Shown here: positions 25,778-35,869 of the stretch, piece after piece | Layout of the letters: each line of letters starts with the position of its first letter | Position numbering within the stretch: position 1 is the first letter of the stretch | Source of the DNA: a virus | Reading direction: 5' to 3' (one strand) | Length of the DNA stretch: 64,000 bases | Virus record (IMG/VR): IMGVR_UViG_3300018426_001942 | Location: 64,001-128,000 of that record | Translations under genes and position numbers: made by a program | The notes under the pieces: model-generated | The model's database searches: none | Told to the model about the DNA's origin: nothing | Seen by the model: only the letters and a program-made list of their open reading frames with translations

Positions 25778-26975
25778 TTACCCGACTGTTGGAAATAACA
25801 ACATGATTTATTGTGCGCCATACGGCCTTACTGAATCTGTTGACTACATGATTAAGTACAATCCAACTAATCATTCAATTACTAAAATACCATTATTAGT
25901 TGACTCAACTACCGAAAAGTGGCAAAAGGGTATTGTACATAGAAACAAAATTTACTTCCTACCATACAATGAAAGCAATATATTGGTATTAGATACTAAT
26001 GACGATAGCATAGAATACTTAAATTTAGAAAAGAAAGGACAAGGAAAATATATTCAAGGTCACATATACGGCAGACACATTATAGCATTACCGTACGGCG
26101 AGCACGAACCATTTAATTATGTACTAGACATTGATATGCGTACTAACAATGTAACTACTAGACACTTAGCGTTGCCTGATGAAACAAAAAGATGGCATAC
26201 TACCCAAATGTTAGATGGTATAATTTACGGTTTACCTCGAGGAGAAAACTTAGGAAATACATTTAATTCAAGGATAGAATACGACTGTTTTAATCGTACT
26301 TATAAATTAATAGATATGTTGCCTATACTATATGATTATAAAGACGTAAGACATGCTAATAAAAAATGGACAACACTTGCAAAAGCAAATGATAAATTGT
26401 ATGCAGCACCGTATTGTGAACATAAAGAATTTGACCTTCTTGCAATTAGAAAAGAAGGTTGGGAATATATACAAACCAAACAAACAGGCACTAGCAGAAA
26501 ATATTTTTCACACACTGTAACAAAAAATGGTAAAATATTTTTTCCGCCAGCAGGCCACGATGAGGACTGGAGCGAAATGCTTGTTATAAACAGTATGACA
26601 GATGAATGGTATGTTAAAGATTTAGGCATTGGAAAAGAAAGTAAAAAATATTTTGCCGGAGTTGAGAACAGTAAAGGAAAGTTATACTATATCCCTAGAG
26701 GAGGATGTGTTTGCGAGCCAGAGGATACATGGAAAAGCCAAGGTGACTTAGCAGAAATATTAGTTATTGACACAAACACAGAAGAGCATTATACCATAGA
26801 CGTAAGTAAATATTTTACAGATAATACTACTATTGAAAAGTATAACCAATGTGTAATTATTAACGATATCATATATGCCTTTCCATACGGAGAAAGTGAG
26901 AGTTTTCAAACTGTACTAGTATTTGATACAAAAGTTGAAAAAGTTATAAGGACAATAGATTTAAATGATGTATAA
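25758..26975 (+). CDS. beta-propeller (kelch-like) repeat protein
   Basis: ~50-aa repeats IYCAPYG / IYFLPYN / IIALPYG / IYGLPRG / LYAAPYC / IFFPPAG / LYYIPRG / IYAFPYG; probable TTG start 25758 after GGAG. Confidence 0.75.
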   Translation: MTPQAFSYPTVGNNNMIYCAPYGLTESVDYMIKYNPTNHSITKIPLLVDSTTEKWQKGIVHRNKIYFLPYNESNILVLDTNDDSIEYLNLEKKGQGKYIQGHIYGRHIIALPYGEHEPFNYVLDIDMRTNNVTTRHLALPDETKRWHTTQMLDGIIYGLPRGENLGNTFNSRIEYDCFNRTYKLIDMLPILYDYKDVRHANKKWTTLAKANDKLYAAPYCEHKEFDLLAIRKEGWEYIQTKQTGTSRKYFSHTVTKNGKIFFPPAGHDEDWSEMLVINSMTDEWYVKDLGIGKESKKYFAGVENSKGKLYYIPRGGCVCEPEDTWKSQGDLAEILVIDTNTEEHYTIDVSKYFTDNTTIEKYNQCVIINDIIYAFPYGESESFQTVLVFDTKVEKVIRTIDLNDV

Positions 26976-28107
26976 AGCATTTGAAGATTTCTACAAAGAA
27001 GAAAACATAAAGCACTTATTACTCCTTGACTGGAATGGTATATTAACAAGTCCGCCATTTGCTACTGAACAATGTAAAGAGTATGCAGATGTTTGGCGTT
27101 TTAAAAAAGATATTATCAAATTAGATCTACCTCCTGCTACTAGTAAAACTAATGCTCCTATTGTTTTAGATAACGATTTATGGCTTATACCATACGGCAT
27201 ATACGACGAACTTAATATTGTAGTACAAATTAAAGACAACGATGTAGTGTATCACAAATTATCGTTTGCAGGCAAAGGGCAATTTTACAGTATTGCATCA
27301 AACGGTACATCTGCGTTTAGTTTTCCTTTAGGATACGAAGATACTAACTACGGACTGTATATTAACGAAGGTAAAGTTAGCGAACACAAACTACCCTACG
27401 AAGGCAAAAAATTACATATGGGTACTGTATATTGCAATGGCAGATATTGGAGTATGCCGAGAGGTGATAATCCCGGGTATAACAAACTACTAAGTTTCGA
27501 CGGTAATAATTTTGAAAGTTTTGAGTTAGACATCAATAGTAATATTACTAGAAAGTTTAGTGATATAATAGTAAAAGACAATACACTTTACAGTTTGCCT
27601 TTCGGCGAAACGCCTGGTATGACAGAAATCGTAGAATTTGATACAACTACTAATAGAGCAATATATCATAATTTAACACTAACTAATGACTTTGCTAAAA
27701 AATATAATTGTGGCGTTTTAGTTAATAATAAAATAATTGCATTACCATATGGTGACGAATATAGCCAAGATAGTAATTGGGGTGTAGTTTTTGATACTGA
27801 CACGAAAGAAAGTAAAGTTTTTGATATTGGTCTTAACTTTGGTGGCAAGTACAGATATCGTTGTGGTGTAGCACTAGACAACAAAGCAATATTTTTTCCA
27901 TCTGGTACACCTAGTTGTCCTATAATGAGTGTAGATGAAAATACAAATATAAAAACATTATATCTTACTGATTATATGTTAGGTCGTCCGTATGTAAAAA
28001 ATAATTTAATATGCTGTATGTCATATAGAAAAGCCGATAGACAACACTTTATGTTAATATTTGATAGCGAATTAAATTTGCTGGGTAGCTATCAACTCTT
28101 TGCGTAG
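26965..28107 (+). CDS. beta-propeller (kelch-like) repeat protein, paralogue of the upstream gene
   Basis: Repeats LWLIPYG / AFSFPLG / YWSMPRG / LYSLPFG / IIALPYG / AIFFPSG. Confidence 0.72.
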   Translation: MMYKAFEDFYKEENIKHLLLLDWNGILTSPPFATEQCKEYADVWRFKKDIIKLDLPPATSKTNAPIVLDNDLWLIPYGIYDELNIVVQIKDNDVVYHKLSFAGKGQFYSIASNGTSAFSFPLGYEDTNYGLYINEGKVSEHKLPYEGKKLHMGTVYCNGRYWSMPRGDNPGYNKLLSFDGNNFESFELDINSNITRKFSDIIVKDNTLYSLPFGETPGMTEIVEFDTTTNRAIYHNLTLTNDFAKKYNCGVLVNNKIIALPYGDEYSQDSNWGVVFDTDTKESKVFDIGLNFGGKYRYRCGVALDNKAIFFPSGTPSCPIMSVDENTNIKTLYLTDYMLGRPYVKNNLICCMSYRKADRQHFMLIFDSELNLLGSYQLFA

Positions 28108-28995
28108 ATATATATCACTCAAACAGTAACATTTATCTTTACCGCATGTAATTGTACTATTAGGTAAAGTATATTTTTCTAAATTACCTATTTTGCCGCC
28201 TTGCTGACACTCGGCACGGTATATGTCTCCCCACATATCAATACTAATCATATCTAATCCTGCCCAGCATTTCCAACCTTTGTGTGCATTAAGCTCATTA
28301 ACTATTAAGTCATTTGCATTAATATCTTTACCATTTAATAGTAGGCCGCCTCTGTGTAACTTTGTATCATCTAATTTACGTGTATAAGGCCAATTAGTAA
28401 TAATGTTTTGCTGTGATGTTGAGTATGCACTAACTTCGTTAGTAGGATATCCTTCAATTTCTTGTTTATCTAAAATTACCTTTGGCCATATCATTACATT
28501 GTCGCTACAATTAAATAAACGTTCTGCAATATCTAATAGTTCATCAAAACTATCAGGTAACATCATAAGATTAACAGCAACAGGACAAGTCATTACTTTT
28601 ATAACTTCTATTATATGATCAATATTAGCAAATTCAGGATGATAACTGATAATCATTCCGTCAGTGTGTTCTGTTATCTCTGCGAAGTATTCTACTTTTT
28701 GACTTGCGTTGGTTAGAAAACTAAAGTATTGGCCTTGTTGTTTTACAAGTTTAGCCATGTCAATAAAATGTTTCCAATAAGTAGGTTCGCCGCCTGAAAT
28801 CCTATAGCAAATTTGTTTGCCATTAGCATCAAAGTTTTCTACAAAATTTTTAACCGTGTCCCATTTTTTATGGCCTGTACTTCCGTCATGAAGTCTGCTT
28901 GGACAATAAGAACAACGGTAATTGCATTTATTAGATAGTGTCCAACTAACTAAAAACCAATCTTCTTTTGCAGGGTCTTTGTAAGAAAGTTTCAT
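28072..28995 (-). CDS. radical SAM enzyme with C-terminal twitch/SPASM-like domain
   Basis: CNYRCSYC, SGGEPT, C-terminal CWAG...EC...C...CYC. Confidence 0.88.
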   Translation of the reverse strand: MKLSYKDPAKEDWFLVSWTLSNKCNYRCSYCPSRLHDGSTGHKKWDTVKNFVENFDANGKQICYRISGGEPTYWKHFIDMAKLVKQQGQYFSFLTNASQKVEYFAEITEHTDGMIISYHPEFANIDHIIEVIKVMTCPVAVNLMMLPDSFDELLDIAERLFNCSDNVMIWPKVILDKQEIEGYPTNEVSAYSTSQQNIITNWPYTRKLDDTKLHRGGLLLNGKDINANDLIVNELNAHKGWKCWAGLDMISIDMWGDIYRAECQQGGKIGNLEKYTLPNSTITCGKDKCYCLSDIYLRKELIATQQI

Positions 28996-29648
28996 TCTGC
29001 CATTGTGTTATTTAAAATTAGTTGTTGTGTACGTTCATTTAATTTTACTGTTAAAATTAATGAATACAGATTATCACTAAAACTAAACACACTGTGATCT
29101 AATTGAAAGTTTGTAAAGTAAACAAATCCAGGTTCTGGGTATAATGGCTTGCCGTCTACCATTTGTACATAATTTTCAGGACTACAACGTCCAAACACTA
29201 CTAGCAATCTAAAATATTCTGGACTTACACCGTGAAAGTCTCTGTGCGGAGGAAAGAAGCCTCCTTGGTCAACACGCAATAAATGTACACGACCAATATC
29301 TGGTGCAAAAACATCTACTAGTTTTGCAAGCTCAGGAATATTATTATACACCTCTGTTGGTGTGTTAAAGTTTTCTTCCTTCATTTCTATGTCATGGTAT
29401 TTCTGCATATGACCAAAACTATTCAAATGGTAATTGTCCATAACATCACCGGTGTGACTTGTTACTGGTAACCCCCAGCGATTATTGTGAGTGTCTTTTT
29501 TAGCATTGTACGGACACCAATTATCTTTAAACTGTTCTAATTGTTGTTCAACTTGGTGATGGTCAATATGCCATTTAAGTTTTACTTGGTTACCTAAGTT
29601 GACTAAACTTTGCCAACGTAGTCCTCTTTCAATTTCTTCAGGTGTCAT
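28992..29648 (-). CDS. AspH-like Fe(II)/2OG oxygenase
   Basis: GRVHLLRVDQGGFFPPHRD...DHSVFS. Confidence 0.75.
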   Translation of the reverse strand: MTPEEIERGLRWQSLVNLGNQVKLKWHIDHHQVEQQLEQFKDNWCPYNAKKDTHNNRWGLPVTSHTGDVMDNYHLNSFGHMQKYHDIEMKEENFNTPTEVYNNIPELAKLVDVFAPDIGRVHLLRVDQGGFFPPHRDFHGVSPEYFRLLVVFGRCSPENYVQMVDGKPLYPEPGFVYFTNFQLDHSVFSFSDNLYSLILTVKLNERTQQLILNNTMAE

Positions 29649-30940
29649 ATATCTCTCAATTCTTTAAACGTATTTCTAAAGTTTAATTCTCTTGTTTTGT
29701 CGCATATTTCTAAGTATTGTACAGCCGCCGGAAGTTTATGTGACCAATCTTCTGAATTCATGTAATCAACTAAACCTAACCAACGCATTTTGCCATAAGC
29801 ATTATTAATAAATTCATGTGTGTTAATACTATTAGCAAACTTACTTATCGTATCTGCGGCTTGGGCTTTTAAGTCTTGAGGTAGTACTCGCACATTTAAG
29901 TAGGACGGTAAGTACACTAAATGTAACCCTATTATACCTCCGCCATATGGCGCACGATTTATTTTTTTAAAGTTTTGATCTAACTTCCATTGTGCAAGTT
30001 CTACTAAACTGTGTACATTAAGAAGTTGTACGGCGCAAGCAAGATTAACAGTTATATGATCTGATGTATTATCAAGTAAATGCATATTCTCTACAATACT
30101 ATCCCACTTACTCGGATGTCTTATGTAATCATTTTTTTCGCCAACACTGTCAACACTAAAGTTAAATTTTACTTCTTTAAAATATTCCCACATATCAAGC
30201 AATCTTTGTGATATGTCTGTAGCATTACTATTATATCTAAGTATACAATCTTTTGCATAACCTTCGTCTATCATAAATTGTAGTATTGCATAATGTTCCG
30301 GTATGAGCAATGGTTCTCCGCCAGCAAAATATAATTCTTTTATATAGTGTGCTTGATTTTTTACAGAGTCTAAGAAACTACTTTTCTTGTACCATACATA
30401 ATCAAAACTAGGATCCCAGCCTTGATCTTGTTTCAAATCTATAAGTTCATATTTTGGATATTGTAATTTCCAATCTTTAATCCACTTTGAGCTATCATGC
30501 GGACTACACATAATGCATTTTAAATTACATAGGTTACCTAATCTTAAATCAAAGTAAGGTATGTTTACAGGCAACGTGCCATCTTCTTGTGTTTGATCAA
30601 CAATTTCTTGTACATTGATCCTTTCATTCCATACCTCGGTTTCCCAATTCCTTTTGCTTTTTATACCTTTTGCCTCTTCTTCAAAACATTTTTTACAACT
30701 TAAAGGAATTTCATCATTAAGCATTTGCAATCTAGTATTACGCATTTGCTCACTATTCCAAACTTCTTCGATAGTATGATCACGTAGATTCATGTTAACA
30801 CCATCTTGTTTAACAAGTCCTACTTCCTTGTTGTCAGTCTTGCCTGCGCCACTAGCGTTTGCTGTACAACAAACTCTTACATCGCCATTTGGTCTAGTTG
30901 CCAAATGTATCCATGGCAAGGGGCAGAATGTTTTACCCAT
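29645..30940 (-). CDS. radical SAM enzyme with N-terminal SPASM/twitch-like domain
   Basis: FCPLPW...VCC...CKKC; CNLKCIMC; FAGGEP. Confidence 0.9.
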   Translation of the reverse strand: MGKTFCPLPWIHLATRPNGDVRVCCTANASGAGKTDNKEVGLVKQDGVNMNLRDHTIEEVWNSEQMRNTRLQMLNDEIPLSCKKCFEEEAKGIKSKRNWETEVWNERINVQEIVDQTQEDGTLPVNIPYFDLRLGNLCNLKCIMCSPHDSSKWIKDWKLQYPKYELIDLKQDQGWDPSFDYVWYKKSSFLDSVKNQAHYIKELYFAGGEPLLIPEHYAILQFMIDEGYAKDCILRYNSNATDISQRLLDMWEYFKEVKFNFSVDSVGEKNDYIRHPSKWDSIVENMHLLDNTSDHITVNLACAVQLLNVHSLVELAQWKLDQNFKKINRAPYGGGIIGLHLVYLPSYLNVRVLPQDLKAQAADTISKFANSINTHEFINNAYGKMRWLGLVDYMNSEDWSHKLPAAVQYLEICDKTRELNFRNTFKELRDI

Positions 30941-31532
30941 TAAATTTATGTCCTATAATCATATATCTTGTGTACTTAGGTGTTTTAAATTCTCCTACAT
31001 ATGCAACATATACTTTTGATTGCTGTACAAAGTCTTCCATACTTTTTGCACATCTTACGTGTTCATCAAGGTCAACATAGTTATTACTTTGTAGTACTAC
31101 CTTTGTACCTGGTTGAATATTACTTAACCATTTGTCATATTGCTCTTGTGTTAAATGCTCGCAACTAGTGTTAATAGCAACATCTGCATCTGTAGTGTAC
31201 TCGCACATATCTGCTGTTGTGGCAGTAAATCTTCCGTCCATGTGATAACGCATGTTAATAGTTTCTGCAATAGTTTTACAAACAGGATCAATATCTATGC
31301 TTTCTATTTCAGGTATTGCAAGATCACTATTAAAGAGTAAACTTGCAAGTACTCCATTCCAGCCACCGTAAATAGCAACATTACCTTGAAGTTTATATTC
31401 TTGCATTTGTTCTATTAACCAAAGTTTACTGTGTACTTGGCCTTTCCAAAAACTTTCTAGTGTACGATATCGATTTTCGCTGTTACGAATTGCGTCCATC
31501 CAAAACAGTACATCTTCAATATCAACTTTCAA
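30933..31532 (-). CDS. class I SAM-dependent methyltransferase-like protein
   Basis: VAIYGGWNG (motif I), IESIDID, TADM, INTSCEH. Confidence 0.7.
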   Translation of the reverse strand: MKVDIEDVLFWMDAIRNSENRYRTLESFWKGQVHSKLWLIEQMQEYKLQGNVAIYGGWNGVLASLLFNSDLAIPEIESIDIDPVCKTIAETINMRYHMDGRFTATTADMCEYTTDADVAINTSCEHLTQEQYDKWLSNIQPGTKVVLQSNNYVDLDEHVRCAKSMEDFVQQSKVYVAYVGEFKTPKYTRYMIIGHKFNG

Positions 31533-32508
31533 ATTGAGCTCCTAGTTTATCAAACTTGCCGCATTGTTTTTGACATTCTTTTAAACAACCGTTTGACCAT
31601 GTGTTTTCGATACTACTAAAAAAGTTACTGTCAAATATTTCTTGCAAAGTATGGTTATTAAGATTAGGAAAATTTCCTATTTTATCCATGTAATCAATTC
31701 TACTTTCACTTACTGGTGGTAGCCATTCTAAATCTAACCAACAACAGGGTGCAATGTTACCGTTAGCAGCAACATATATAGATTGAGAGTTTTGTGCTTT
31801 GCAAGTTATTGTTGGGCTTATTTCTTGTTTTGCTTCTTCTACTATTTTTATAAAACTTTCACTTGTTTCTGTAGGGTACAAAATATCAATTGTTTTTCCA
31901 GTATCATCTAAAACATTAAATTGGCCATTTTTAAATCTACTAGAATTTTTGTACTTAAAATCACTAAAGCCTAATTCACTTGCAAGTTGTCTACATTCAT
32001 CTACTTGATGTTTGTTGTGACGGAACACTAACATATCCCATCTAGCATTGCCGCCTGCATTAATAAACGTTTTTGCATTTTCTAGTATAGTGTGAAAGTC
32101 TGTGTTTATTCTATAGCGAGAATGTGTATCTTCTAGTCCGTCTATTCCAAATACTACAGTTACATCTACACTAGCAAGTTCTTGCCACCATGTACTATTC
32201 CTTGCACTACCATTTGTATGCATTTGTAAATTAATGTTAGGATTTACTTCACGCAAGTATTTGTATATGTCAAGTGTTTCAGTATTAATAATAGGATCAC
32301 CTAAGTTACCACACATATTAAGTTTGTCAAGTTGTTGTATAAAACTAACTGAAAACCATTCTTTGAATGTTTCTAAGGTAATATCATCTAATGTTACATA
32401 TGGCATCATAGGACCGCCTTGCATACGTCTTGGACACATCGGGCAACGTGCTTGACATCGTGAAGTAACTTCTAGATGTATGTCTCTTATTTGATCCAAC
32501 TTATACAT
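31522..32508 (-). CDS. radical SAM/SPASM enzyme
   Basis: CQARCPMC, GNLGDP, HTNG, C-terminal C...PCC...C..QC. Confidence 0.88.
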   Translation of the reverse strand: MYKLDQIRDIHLEVTSRCQARCPMCPRRMQGGPMMPYVTLDDITLETFKEWFSVSFIQQLDKLNMCGNLGDPIINTETLDIYKYLREVNPNINLQMHTNGSARNSTWWQELASVDVTVVFGIDGLEDTHSRYRINTDFHTILENAKTFINAGGNARWDMLVFRHNKHQVDECRQLASELGFSDFKYKNSSRFKNGQFNVLDDTGKTIDILYPTETSESFIKIVEEAKQEISPTITCKAQNSQSIYVAANGNIAPCCWLDLEWLPPVSESRIDYMDKIGNFPNLNNHTLQEIFDSNFFSSIENTWSNGCLKECQKQCGKFDKLGAQFES

Positions 32509-33211
32509 TGCGCCAACCTTTGTTTAGTTCTTTTATCTGCTCAAAAACATTTGAATTTATTTCGTGTGTATTTAATGTAGATATTAAGAAGTCTAAATCT
32601 TTTGGCAAACATTTACCGTCAAATCCTCTAGTACCATCATGCCCTGGTACATCTAAATATGATTGTTTTGGTTGCACAGCAAGAAACATATCTTTTATAT
32701 TATTATAGTCTGCATCAACACTATTTGCTAGATCGTAAAATATATTTGCAAACGCTATACGGATTACAGCAAGATTATTTGAAAACATTTTTACAAGCTC
32801 TGCTTCTGCTGTAGAACATACTATTATGTCTTCATCATATCTAAGCCATGTCGGAATATCACTATCACATCCTACAACCAAAGGACGATTAAGACAGTCT
32901 TTTTTCCAATGTCTTTCACGTAAAAACTCCGGCATGTATATTAAGCATGATTTGTTTATCTTTTTACACGTACCAAGTGGCAATGTACTACGGATTATAA
33001 CCGTGTCTGCTTTGAGTTTTTCTACTTCACTAATTAAAACATCAATGTCATCTTTTGTGTTAGTAGGTATACATACAAACACTGTATCTGCATTGTCTAA
33101 TACACTTCTATCTGTGCCTAATTTAATATCATGTATAACTGTATCGTCAGGTAATCCTAATCCCAATTTGGTTGCTTTGCCAACAAATCCATACCCTAAT
33201 ATGCCAAACAT
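32501..33211 (-). CDS. UDP-glucose/GDP-mannose 6-dehydrogenase family, short form
   Basis: GYGFVG, CIPT, RST, PEFLRE, AELVK..N, GFDGKCLPKD; lacks the C-terminal domain. Confidence 0.85.
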   Translation of the reverse strand: MFGILGYGFVGKATKLGLGLPDDTVIHDIKLGTDRSVLDNADTVFVCIPTNTKDDIDVLISEVEKLKADTVIIRSTLPLGTCKKINKSCLIYMPEFLRERHWKKDCLNRPLVVGCDSDIPTWLRYDEDIIVCSTAEAELVKMFSNNLAVIRIAFANIFYDLANSVDADYNNIKDMFLAVQPKQSYLDVPGHDGTRGFDGKCLPKDLDFLISTLNTHEINSNVFEQIKELNKGWRNV

Positions 33212-34194
33212 TACTTTTTCCTCTTAGGTATTTTGCTATCTGCACTACTTACACAACTATTAGTAACACACTTAGATGGTGTCTTAAACAGCGTAAAACC
33301 GTCTGTAAGCGTGCCTAAGGGTTCTTCATGGCAACTGTATGCCCGCTTTACTTCATTGCTACGTATAATGCAACTTTGATACCCTGCATTACAGGTCCAA
33401 CCTTTAAACTTATTAAAGCCAAAAGCATTAAAACGTTCTGCTTGATCTAATTCGTACTCTATTCCTTTATTGTCTTTGAGTAAGATTTGTGCGACTTGTT
33501 CGCCTTTCCATGTTTGTGGGAATCTTGTTCGCATTCTAGTAATTTGCTCATCTGTGTAACCTCCAACCACGAAGCTGGCGGTAGGGTCGGACTGGGGTTT
33601 GAGAGTGACGTTAATACCTCTGGTGGCAAATCGTTCCAAACGCTCGTAAAGCTCTTCAAACTTTTCTGGAACCATAACTTGATTGATCGTAACATAAACG
33701 CCTCCTTCCATAAGTGCAAGACATTTATCTCCAAAATCTTGTTCGTTAGCAAACTCATCATGGAAACTTGCTGTAATGCTTCTGCGTTGTAATGTACTAG
33801 TGTATTTAATAAATCTGTTCCACCAAGATTGTGCAGGTGATAAATTTGTTGTCATGTGTAGACTTTGATACTCTGCATCAGGATCCTCTGCATAATATTT
33901 TACTACAGTACCAAATTGTTTATACGCTGTAGGTTCTCCTCCACTAAAACTAAAGTGGAAATCTGTAAAGTTATTTGCACGAGCTTGTGTCTTTATACTA
34001 TCTATGGTGTTTAAGTATAATTCTAAATCTTGATGATCAGGGGTACTAGATCTTGCGTATGGCCAGCAATAAGAACAGTTATAATTACAAAATCTAGCCA
34101 ATATCCAAGAAACATTAAAAAGATGGCTCTTTAACATCGTTTGTTGGCCAAACTCTGTTATATCTTGCCAAGGTATTTGGTCGTAATTACTCAT
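33211..34194 (-). CDS. radical SAM enzyme with C-terminal twitch-like domain
   Basis: CNYNCSYC, FSGGEPT, CNAG...SC...C...C. Confidence 0.88.
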   Translation of the reverse strand: MSNYDQIPWQDITEFGQQTMLKSHLFNVSWILARFCNYNCSYCWPYARSSTPDHQDLELYLNTIDSIKTQARANNFTDFHFSFSGGEPTAYKQFGTVVKYYAEDPDAEYQSLHMTTNLSPAQSWWNRFIKYTSTLQRRSITASFHDEFANEQDFGDKCLALMEGGVYVTINQVMVPEKFEELYERLERFATRGINVTLKPQSDPTASFVVGGYTDEQITRMRTRFPQTWKGEQVAQILLKDNKGIEYELDQAERFNAFGFNKFKGWTCNAGYQSCIIRSNEVKRAYSCHEEPLGTLTDGFTLFKTPSKCVTNSCVSSADSKIPKRKK

Positions 34195-35863
34195 AAAATC
34201 TTTCCTCTAACCACTGAAAGTCATTTATAAGTGCTAATACATCTGGCTTGTTTTTATTAGCACTACCAAATTCTCGCCCTTCAATTGCACCTTTAATAGC
34301 ATACTCCCCATACGGACTGTCTTTTCCTACTGTGGTCCAGACTTCTAAACGCTGTTCTGTTTCCTCGTCTTCCTGTCCTTTAATAATTTTACTTGAAAGT
34401 TTTGTACATTCTCTAAATGCACTTTTCCATGTGTTAAATGGATCTGTGTTAAACACTGTATAATTACTTAGTTGATCAACAACCTTAAATTTATCACTAA
34501 TACTAGTTGTCATATCAGAACTATTAACATCTACATTTGCTGTAAGCTCAGTAGGCAATAATTTCACACCACCATACCCGTACTCTAAGTCATTAATTGG
34601 ATTTTTACTTCTCCAAACATGAACTGTAGTTTCCTCCCATACTGGCACTTGATAGTTAAAATTAAAATCATCAACTAATTCGGCATCGCCGTCGACAACA
34701 AAAAACATATTTGTAGAACAAAGTTCAGCAGCTTTTTTGTGTGCATTATGAATTCCTTTTACATCTCTTACCCATCTTAAATTAGTAAAAGGATTGCTTG
34801 TTCTAATTTTATCTTGTATCATTGAAAAATGTTTATCAGCATTTTTTTCTTTATAACTTATAAACACTACATCATACGGTATAGGCTCTGATATAATTTC
34901 TTCATGCTCTTTTCTAGTTACTACATACCTACTGTTAAATTCTCTTTTGCCTAACTTGTGCTTTGTTGTACTTAGAACTACGCCATTGTGATAAGTAGGC
35001 TCACCTCTAAACATGTGTTTGTATACATGATGCATTTCTCTATCAGCATCATAACGACCATCTGTTGGACTATAGTAAAAGTCAAATATTGTTTGATCTG
35101 TAATTTTTACGTTATCCCAAATAATCCAAAAAAGAGGACTTGTTTCTGTTTCAACAATTTTTTCATATTCTTCATATGTACTAATTACATGCCTAGGATA
35201 TCTAAATCTACTTACTGGCTGTTCATTTTCTTTTCTGTTTATTATAAACCTATGTTCTATTTCTTTTTTTGATAACGGCTTATTCACAGAAGCTAACAAC
35301 AGTCCTCCATGATAACTTATAGTATCATTACAAAATGTAGGCCATACATGATTTTCGTTTCTATCATAACTATTATGATGACTAAAGTATGACGAAAGTA
35401 TAACACTTTCTGTAATTTCTACATTCTTCCAAACACACCAAAACATTTCGGTATGACTCTTTTGCAATGCTTCTTCGTAATCTTCATATTTGTCAATATG
35501 AAATATATCATACACAGAAGGCATGCTTGCTACAATATCTATTTCTTTTTTATTAACAAAAAATCTATGTTTAATTTCTTTTTTTGATATATGTTTATCT
35601 TTAGGAACAAGACAAACACCATCAAAATGTTTGTCATTTAGAAATGTATGAACATACTTTTTATCCCATTCGGGAACATCGTAGTCAAAATTAAAATTAT
35701 CTACAATTTCTATATCGTCCCAAACGACATAAAACATATCCGTAAGAGACTTGCGCATTGCCTGTTCAAAACTTGATGCGTACTTAACTGTTGGAAATCG
35801 TTTACACAATTTTTCGTATAGTGCTTTGTTTCCTTTTTGTGATACATAAATGATATCATACAT
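34187..35863 (-). CDS. multi-repeat glycosyltransferase-like protein (GT-A)
   Basis: Three degenerate ~110-aa repeats, then an intact domain FISYKE...AHKKAA...VVDGDA...YGYGGVKL...WKSAFRE. Confidence 0.7.
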   Translation of the reverse strand: MYDIIYVSQKGNKALYEKLCKRFPTVKYASSFEQAMRKSLTDMFYVVWDDIEIVDNFNFDYDVPEWDKKYVHTFLNDKHFDGVCLVPKDKHISKKEIKHRFFVNKKEIDIVASMPSVYDIFHIDKYEDYEEALQKSHTEMFWCVWKNVEITESVILSSYFSHHNSYDRNENHVWPTFCNDTISYHGGLLLASVNKPLSKKEIEHRFIINRKENEQPVSRFRYPRHVISTYEEYEKIVETETSPLFWIIWDNVKITDQTIFDFYYSPTDGRYDADREMHHVYKHMFRGEPTYHNGVVLSTTKHKLGKREFNSRYVVTRKEHEEIISEPIPYDVVFISYKEKNADKHFSMIQDKIRTSNPFTNLRWVRDVKGIHNAHKKAAELCSTNMFFVVDGDAELVDDFNFNYQVPVWEETTVHVWRSKNPINDLEYGYGGVKLLPTELTANVDVNSSDMTTSISDKFKVVDQLSNYTVFNTDPFNTWKSAFRECTKLSSKIIKGQEDEETEQRLEVWTTVGKDSPYGEYAIKGAIEGREFGSANKNKPDVLALINDFQWLEERFYE

Positions 35864-35869
35864 CTTATT

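Noticed and set aside
17293-28107. Site-specific invertible segment (shufflon) explaining the strand switches
   Set aside because: No inverted repeats at the junctions and no recombinase gene recognised
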